From positions 10,038 to 74,037 of the forward strand of contig QCMN01000002.1 in assembly GCA_003213715.1 (NCBI GenBank): DNA of 64,000 bases, given 5' to 3'. Of this stretch, positions 58,367 through 64,000 are shown piece by piece. The stretch's first letter is position 1. Each line of letters opens with the position of its first letter. Below the pieces are notes generated by a model that did not search any database, was not told the origin of the DNA, and saw only the letters and a list, made by a program, of their open reading frames with translations. Origin of the DNA: Pelagibacteraceae bacterium AG-422-B15 (GTDB taxonomy: Bacteria > Pseudomonadota > Alphaproteobacteria > Pelagibacterales > AG-422-B15). Made by a program: the position numbers and the translations under genes.

Positions 58367-59818
58367 TTATTCGTAGTTGTTGGTGTGATCTTTGCTAATA
58401 AAATTTCCAAACCTAGTATACTTTGCATCAAAGCTTAATTTTATATTACCCGTTGGTCCATGTCTTTGTTTCATTATAAGTAAATCAGCTTGACCATGTA
58501 TCTCGTCCATTTTTTGTTGCCATTCTATGAATTCAGCAGTTCCAGGTGATGGGGCGTTTTTTTCAAGATAATATTCTTCTCTGTATATAAACATGACAAC
58601 ATCTGAGTCTTGTTCAATTGACCCTGACTCCCTTAAATCAGATAACTGTGGTTTCTTGTCTTCTCTTTGCTCTACTTGTCTTGATAACTGAGATAAAGCA
58701 ATGATTGGTATGTTTAATTCTTTTGCAAGTGCTTTTAATCCTTGAGTTATTTCTGAAATTTCTAAAACTCTAGACTCATTTCTAGATGTTTTGCTCGGTC
58801 TTAATAGCTGTAAATAGTCTATGACTATTGCACCCAAACCATTTTTTCTTTTTAACCTTCTAGCCCTCGATGAAAGTGTACCGATGTTTACTGCCGGAGT
58901 ATCATCTATAAAAAGGGGGATTTCTAATATATCTTTTGATACAGAAACTAAATTATCAAGATCATTTTCTGATAAATTTCCTCTTCTTATATCGTTTGAA
59001 CTAATTCTTGCCTGTTCTGATAAAATTCTTCTGGCTAATTGTTCAGATGACATTTCTAATGAAAAAAAAAGTACACTTGCATCCATATCTTTTGAGATGT
59101 GAGCGTTTCTAGCAATATTAAATGCGATGTTTGTAGCTAGTGAGGTTTTTCCCATTGAAGGTCTTCCTGCAATTATTATTAAATCTGAGGGGTGAAACCC
59201 TCCAAGTTTTGCATCAAGGTCAGTGAAATCAGATGAAATTCCAACAACGCTACTATCTTTTTCAAATGCTTTTTTTGCTAATTCAATCGCTTCTTCAACT
59301 GAAGTTTGAAATGTTTGAATTTGGTTTTGAGAGGTTCCTTTTTCTGAGATTTGATATAAATTTTTCTCTGCTTCCTCTATAAGATCTTCTGGTTTTTTTT
59401 CAATTTCACTTTCAATTGCATCATGCTGAACTTTTCCACCCAATTCATAGAGCCCTCTTCTAACAGCAAGGTTATAAATAATATGAGCATAGTTTTTAGC
59501 ATAATCAAGAGATACCGCTGAATTTGCAAGTCTTACTAAATAATTTGAACCTCCAATTTCTTCCAAATTCTTTTCAACTTCAAAAAAACTTTTTAGAGTA
59601 ATTGGCGTTGCAATTTGTCCTTTGGAGATCATTTTGCCAATTACATCAAAAATTAATTTATGAACTGGCTCATAAAAATGCTCAACATTGATAGTTTCTG
59701 ATATATCGAAGAAAATTTCGTTATTTAATAATATTGCTCCAAGTATACCTTGCTCGGCTTCGATATTATGAGGTAACTCTTTTAGAGTATTATTCTGTAA
59801 TTGAAATGATGTAGACAT
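58367..59818 (-). CDS. dnaB: Replicative DNA helicase DnaB
   Basis: PHNIEAEQGILGAILL N-terminus, Walker A AGRPSMGKTSLATN and IVIDYLQLL. Confidence 0.95.
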   Translation of the reverse strand: MSTSFQLQNNTLKELPHNIEAEQGILGAILLNNEIFFDISETINVEHFYEPVHKLIFDVIGKMISKGQIATPITLKSFFEVEKNLEEIGGSNYLVRLANSAVSLDYAKNYAHIIYNLAVRRGLYELGGKVQHDAIESEIEKKPEDLIEEAEKNLYQISEKGTSQNQIQTFQTSVEEAIELAKKAFEKDSSVVGISSDFTDLDAKLGGFHPSDLIIIAGRPSMGKTSLATNIAFNIARNAHISKDMDASVLFFSLEMSSEQLARRILSEQARISSNDIRRGNLSENDLDNLVSVSKDILEIPLFIDDTPAVNIGTLSSRARRLKRKNGLGAIVIDYLQLLRPSKTSRNESRVLEISEITQGLKALAKELNIPIIALSQLSRQVEQREDKKPQLSDLRESGSIEQDSDVVMFIYREEYYLEKNAPSPGTAEFIEWQQKMDEIHGQADLLIMKQRHGPTGNIKLSFDAKYTRFGNFISKDHTNNYE

Positions 59819-59969
59819 AATTCTGCTTACATAATATTAAATTGGTTAGTCTGTCAGCAGAATTAATTAAAAAGATATTAACAGATATATAATATTGTTA
59901 ATATTAGTAGAGGATAAGGTATATCTGTAAAGATGCCTTTTAAATAATTGAAATATTGCGAAATTAATC

Positions 59970-60416
59970 TTAGATTTTTTTTGTTATCTCTAGTTTGAGT
60001 GTAGCGATTATATCATCATAAATTCTTAAGGTGACATCATGACTTCCTATCGCACTTATATTATCTAAAACAATATTTCCAGGCTCAATATCTATAGAAA
60101 AATCATTAATCAGCCTGTCACTGATTTGCCTTGGACCAAGATTGCCATAAAGATTGCCGTCTTCATTTGCTTCCATCTGGATATTAATTTCTTTACCGTC
60201 CAACTTAGCTTTTAACTCATTTGCCTCAGTAATTTTTTTCATATTATTTTCATTGATTTGACTCATTTTTGAATTGAGGTCATTCAAATTCTTTTTATTG
60301 GCTATAATTGCCTTTTTTTGAGGAATTAAAAAATTTTTTGCAAACCCATCTTTAACGCTAACAACTTCACCTGCTTTACCAAGTTTATTGAGTGTTTCTA
60401 ACAAAATTATTTGCAT
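59970..60416 (-). CDS. rplI: 50S ribosomal protein L9
   Basis: MQIILLETLNKLGKAGEVVSVKDGFAKNFLIP. The internal ATG at 60416 is preferred because the track start at 60446 would overlap rpsR. Confidence 0.9.
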   Translation of the reverse strand: MQIILLETLNKLGKAGEVVSVKDGFAKNFLIPQKKAIIANKKNLNDLNSKMSQINENNMKKITEANELKAKLDGKEINIQMEANEDGNLYGNLGPRQISDRLINDFSIDIEPGNIVLDNISAIGSHDVTLRIYDDIIATLKLEITKKI

Positions 60417-60417
60417 A

Positions 60418-60612
60418 TTATTTTCCGGTATAAGGTAAGAGAGCAAGATATCTAGCTCTCTTTATCGCATTAGAAAGATCTTTTTGTTTTTTAATGGAAA
60501 TATAGCTTATTCTTCTTGGTGTAATTTTTCCCTTTTCTGAAATAAATCGTTTAAGACTTGATACATCTTTATAGTCAAAAACCACTTCCGAACTTTTTGA
60601 AAATTTATCCAT
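60418..60612 (-). CDS. rpsR: 30S ribosomal protein S18
   Basis: [38 protein letters not shown]. Confidence 0.9.
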   Translation of the reverse strand: MDKFSKSSEVVFDYKDVSSLKRFISEKGKITPRRISYISIKKQKDLSNAIKRARYLALLPYTGK

Positions 60613-60621
60613 AACTCAATA

Positions 60622-60948
60622 TTAATCCTTGTTTTTTACCATGATGGTCGGTGTATCACAAAAATCTTTTACCTTAATTGATAAGTACCGAATAATCTTA
60701 TCATTTAAGTTTAGCTTAGTATTAAGTGTGTCAATTTTATCTTGTGGCAATTCAATATTCATGAACTCATAAAATGCTTTTTTGTTTTCTTTTATTGGAT
60801 ATGCAAGACTTCTTAGTCCCCAGCTTTCTTTATAGACAACATTTCCATCAAGCTCACCAAGAGTTTGTTCGTGAACTTTTATTGCTTCTTCAAGGTCAGA
60901 AGAGCTTAGGTCTTGTCTAAGCATAATAATGTGTTCAAATAAAGCCAT
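60622..60948 (-). CDS. rpsF: 30S ribosomal protein S6
   Basis: MALFEHIIMLRQDLS...WGLRSLAYPI. Canonical rpsF-rpsR-rplI order. Confidence 0.9.
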   Translation of the reverse strand: MALFEHIIMLRQDLSSSDLEEAIKVHEQTLGELDGNVVYKESWGLRSLAYPIKENKKAFYEFMNIELPQDKIDTLNTKLNLNDKIIRYLSIKVKDFCDTPTIMVKNKD

Positions 60949-61021
60949 TTATAATTTGTATTTGGTGTTAAAAATGGAATAAATATTCTATAATCATCTT
61001 TTAAGCAAGCATTCTTTTTTA

Positions 61022-61960
61022 ATGAAAACGGCATTAATTTTTCCAGGTCAAGGCTCACAATATGTTAAAATGGGTCATGATTTCTATTCAAAATATGATG
61101 TATCACGTAATATTTACGAACGGCTAAATGAATCCATTGGCAGAAACTTATCCAAATTAATTTTTTCAGGTGAGGAAGAAGAACTTCTTCAAACCCAAAA
61201 TTCTCAGCCTGCAATTATGGCCACAAGCATTTGTATATTTGAGGCATTAAAATATGAAAATCTTTTAGATATAAAATCTTACGGTTGCGTTGCTGGACAT
61301 TCTCTTGGTGAATATAGTTCATTAGTTGTTAATCAAGGTTTGAGATTTGAAGATTCTGTAAAACTTCTCAAATTCAGATCTAAGGCAATGCAAGAAAGTA
61401 TGCCTCTTGGAACTGGGGGGATGATCGCTTTGATTGGCTGTGCCGAAGAAAATATTGAAAATGTAATGTTGAACGCAGAACAATACGGAAAGATATTTAT
61501 TGCAAATGATAATTCTAAAGGTCAAATTGTTTTAAGTGGTGAAATTTCAGCTGTGGATTACATATCATCAAATGCAAAAGAATTAGGAGTAAAAAAAGCT
61601 ATAAAGTTGCCAGTGAGTGCCCCATTTCATTGTGAATTAATTAATAAGGCTTCAATAGCAATGAAGGAAGAAATACCTAATTATTCGTTCAATCCCTTTA
61701 CTGTTCCATTATATTCTAATGTTACTAGTAAAGTATGTAACGAGAAAGAGATTGCTAATTTACTAGTTGAACAAATAATATCAAAAGTTAGATGGCGAGA
61801 AATAGTTGAGAATATGATAAAAGATGGTGTTCAAAATTTCATTGAAATAGGCCCAGGTAATGTACTTACCAATTTAGTTAAAAGAGCGTCCAAAGATCTA
61901 GTTGCTATTTCAATAAGCAAGATGGAAGATTTTGATAAACTTGATAATATAAAACTATGA
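61022..61960 (+). CDS. fabD: Malonyl-CoA:ACP transacylase
   Basis: FPGQGSQ and the active-site GHSLGEYS. Confidence 0.95.
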   Translation: MKTALIFPGQGSQYVKMGHDFYSKYDVSRNIYERLNESIGRNLSKLIFSGEEEELLQTQNSQPAIMATSICIFEALKYENLLDIKSYGCVAGHSLGEYSSLVVNQGLRFEDSVKLLKFRSKAMQESMPLGTGGMIALIGCAEENIENVMLNAEQYGKIFIANDNSKGQIVLSGEISAVDYISSNAKELGVKKAIKLPVSAPFHCELINKASIAMKEEIPNYSFNPFTVPLYSNVTSKVCNEKEIANLLVEQIISKVRWREIVENMIKDGVQNFIEIGPGNVLTNLVKRASKDLVAISISKMEDFDKLDNIKL

Positions 61961-62676
61961 AAAATGTCTTAATTACTGGAGCAACAGGAGGAATAGGGCA
62001 ATCCCTCGTGAAAGTCTTCCATGTTAATGGGTATAATATTTGTGCAACAGGAACGAATGTTGAAAAACTTAGTTTTCTTGAAAAAAAATATGAAGCTCGC
62101 TTCAAAGGTATACAATGTGATCTTTCAGATGATGATCAACTTAAAAGACTAGCAGAGGAATCAAATAAATATTACGGAAGCACAAATATCTTAATTAACA
62201 ATGCAGGAATAACTAAAGACAACCTTTTTCTCAGGATGAAAGATGATGAATGGAACGATGTAATAAATATAAATTTAAATTCAAATTATAAACTTACCAA
62301 GATAGTTATTAAAGATATGATTAAAGCAAAGTGGGGCAGAATAATAAATATCTCGTCTGATGCAGCTAAAATAGGAAATCCTGGGCAATCTAATTACGTA
62401 GCTTCAAAGTCGGCAATTGAAGGCTTAACAAGGACAATAGCAAATGAAGTAGCTTCAAGAGGAATAACTGTAAATTGTGTGGCCCCAGGGTTTGTTAAGA
62501 CTGAGATTCTCGACTCAGTAGATAAAAAAAGACTGAGCATGATGGAGGAAAAAATACCACTAGGAAGAATTGGCAATGTTGATGAAATAGCTTCAGCAGT
62601 TTATTATCTTTCCTCAGAAGAATCATCGTATATTACCGGTCAAGTGCTTCATGTTAATGGTGGCTTGACAATGTGA
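61957..62676 (+). CDS. fabG: 3-oxoacyl-ACP reductase
   Basis: TGATGGIGQS, NNAGIT, YVASKSAIEG and the fab operon context. Confidence 0.9.
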   Translation: MKNVLITGATGGIGQSLVKVFHVNGYNICATGTNVEKLSFLEKKYEARFKGIQCDLSDDDQLKRLAEESNKYYGSTNILINNAGITKDNLFLRMKDDEWNDVININLNSNYKLTKIVIKDMIKAKWGRIINISSDAAKIGNPGQSNYVASKSAIEGLTRTIANEVASRGITVNCVAPGFVKTEILDSVDKKRLSMMEEKIPLGRIGNVDEIASAVYYLSSEESSYITGQVLHVNGGLTM

Positions 62677-62719
62677 TGCATATCGTAATAAACATGAATA
62701 AATTTACCTAGGAGTACAT

Positions 62720-62953
62720 ATGAGTGACGTTGCTGAAAAAGTAAAAAAAATTATTGCTGAGCATCTTGGCATAGATGATATGGAGAAGATTACTGAGGAT
62801 GCAAAATTTATTGATGACCTTGGTGCAGATAGCCTGGATACTGTAGAGCTAGTTATGGCATTTGAGGAAGCTTTTGACGTAGAAATTCCTGATGAGAAAG
62901 CTGAGACAATACTTACAGTAGGTGATGCAATTTCACACTTAGAGTCAAATTAA
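62720..62953 (+). CDS. acpP: Acyl carrier protein
   Basis: [14 protein letters not shown] phosphopantetheine-attachment motif. Confidence 0.95.
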   Translation: MSDVAEKVKKIIAEHLGIDDMEKITEDAKFIDDLGADSLDTVELVMAFEEAFDVEIPDEKAETILTVGDAISHLESN

Positions 62954-62962
62954 TTTACAAGG

Positions 62963-64000
62963 ATGAAAAGAGTTGTAGTTACTGGCATAGGGTTAGTGAC
63001 TCCTCTTGGCTGTGGAACTGACATAAATTGGAAAAACCTAATTTCAGGAGTATCAGGTGCAAAAAAAATTAGTAAATTTGATGCCAGTAATTATAAGTGT
63101 CAGGTTGCTTGTGAGGTTCCTTCTGACGACAAAACAGCAGGTTCATTTGTTGCTGAGGATTGGATAGATAAAAAAGAATTAAAAAAGTTAGACGAATTCA
63201 TAAAATATTCTCTAGCTGCAGGTGAAGAAGCTTTCCAGCAAAGTAAATTAATGAACATTGAAGATCCTGATTCATTCCGCTCTGGTTGTATAATCGGTTC
63301 GGGCATGGGTGGGTTACCTGGGATTGAAGAAACTTCTTTGTCTTTTAATGATGGAAAAAAAATAAGTCCTTTTTTTATAACTGGTAGAATTATAAACATG
63401 TCGGCAGGTTATTTATCTATTAAATATAATCTTAAAGGTCCAAACTACTCAACTGTTTCTGCATGTGCCTCATCTGCTCATGCTATAGGAGAATCTTTTA
63501 GATTAATTCAACATGGTCAAGCTGATATAATGATGACTGGTGGAACCGAGGCAACAATTAGTCCAATCGGAATTGAAGGTTTTACGGCATGTAAGGCATT
63601 AAGCACTAAGTATAATGAAAATCCGCAAAAAGCATCACGACCATTTGATGCTGAGCGCGATGGTTTTGTAATGGGTGAGGGGTCCGCAATACTTATTTTA
63701 GAGGAAATGGAGCATGCACTTAGTCGTAATGCAAATATATTAGCTGAAATGGTAGGATATGGCATGTCGTCTGATTCTTATCATTATACGTTACCAGAAC
63801 CTTCAGGAGATGGGGCATATAGAGCAATGCAAAATGCATTAAATGATGCAAAGATTAATTCAGAAAAAGTAGATTATATTAATGCACATGGGACCTCGAC
63901 ACCTTCAGGGGACAAAGTTGAAGTATTGGCTATTGAGCGAATGTTCGAAGAGTGTAAAAGAAAAATAAATATTTCATCTACTAAATCTCAAATTGGTCAT
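62963..64000 (+). CDS. fabF: 3-oxoacyl-ACP synthase II (partial; runs off the window end)
   Basis: My own translation from 62963 gives MKRVVVTGIGLVTPLGCGTDINWKNLISG, with the active-site region SACASSAHAIG near 63455. It is not in the ORF track because there is no stop in the window. Confidence 0.9.
   Translation, partial: MKRVVVTGIGLVTPLGCGTDINWKNLISGVSGAKKISKFDASNYKCQVACEVPSDDKTAGSFVAEDWIDKKELKKLDEFIKYSLAAGEEAFQQSKLMNIEDPDSFRSGCIIGSGMGGLPGIEETSLSFNDGKKISPFFITGRIINMSAGYLSIKYNLKGPNYSTVSACASSAHAIGESFRLIQHGQADIMMTGGTEATISPIGIEGFTACKALSTKYNENPQKASRPFDAERDGFVMGEGSAILILEEMEHALSRNANILAEMVGYGMSSDSYHYTLPEPSGDGAYRAMQNALNDAKINSEKVDYINAHGTSTPSGDKVEVLAIERMFEECKRKINISSTKSQIGH

Noticed and set aside
59908-59919. 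DnaA-box-like sequence (minus-strand TTATCCTCT, 7 of 9 matches to TTATCCACA) upstream of dnaB.
   Set aside because: It is a single imperfect copy in AT-rich DNA with no cluster of boxes, which is compatible with chance.
1-64000. Scan for tRNA, rRNA or tmRNA genes, CRISPR arrays, transposases, integrases, phage genes, toxin-antitoxin pairs and known defence-system genes.
   Set aside because: None was found. The non-coding spacers are all 232 bp or shorter. No direct-repeat/spacer array is visible, and no ORF shows recombinase, nuclease-defence or capsid-type motifs.

Overview
This window is very AT-rich and extremely gene-dense. By gene content, synteny and composition it looks like a streamlined marine alphaproteobacterium of the SAR11/Pelagibacterales type. 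No database search or computation was possible; all calls rest on motifs read from the supplied translations and on my recollection of the families. I support about 62 protein genes. I found no rRNA, tRNA, CRISPR array, transposase, integrase or phage genes.

Layout:
- 1.0-17.3 kb: a methyl-group/osmolyte demethylation island. It holds a homocysteine S-methyltransferase (BHMT-like), a DmdA-like GcvT aminomethyltransferase, a dimethylglycine/sarcosine dehydrogenase, ZapE, a DAO-family flavoprotein and soxBDAG. A five-gene copper-type module (SCO1, an 81-aa Cys-rich protein, PCuAC, a Met-rich DUF2182 membrane protein, a Cys-cluster DUF1326 protein) is inserted into the middle of it.
- 17.3-25 kb: PAP2 phosphatase, a redox/detox string (quinone reductase, pirin, glutathione peroxidase, RutE-like reductase), dusA, a DMT permease and a MoxR-VWA pair.
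- 25-30.7 kb: dksA, recA (with alphaproteobacterial-type SOS boxes), alaS and icd.
- 30.7-40.5 kb: a LOG-family gene plus a tolC-padR-MFP-RND-RND efflux operon, with twin palindromic operator candidates in its promoter.
- 40.6-64 kb: rlmE, guaB, a TPR gene, guaA, a small islet of poorly characterised enzymes plus photolyase, panB, yfgM-like/bamB/der, SDR, cvpA, an MMPL exporter, alr, dnaB, rplI-rpsR-rpsF and fabD-fabG-acpP-fabF.

Most interesting observations:
- The uncharacterised SCO1/PCuAC/DUF2182/DUF1326 module, with a 17-methionine loop predicted to be periplasmic, is embedded in a 15-gene gap-free operon-like string.
- The Der GTPase lacks its entire first G domain.
- Two TATATCA-N3-TGATATA palindromes sit in front of the PadR-containing efflux operon.
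- All five convergent gene junctions overlap or abut, leaving no terminator space.
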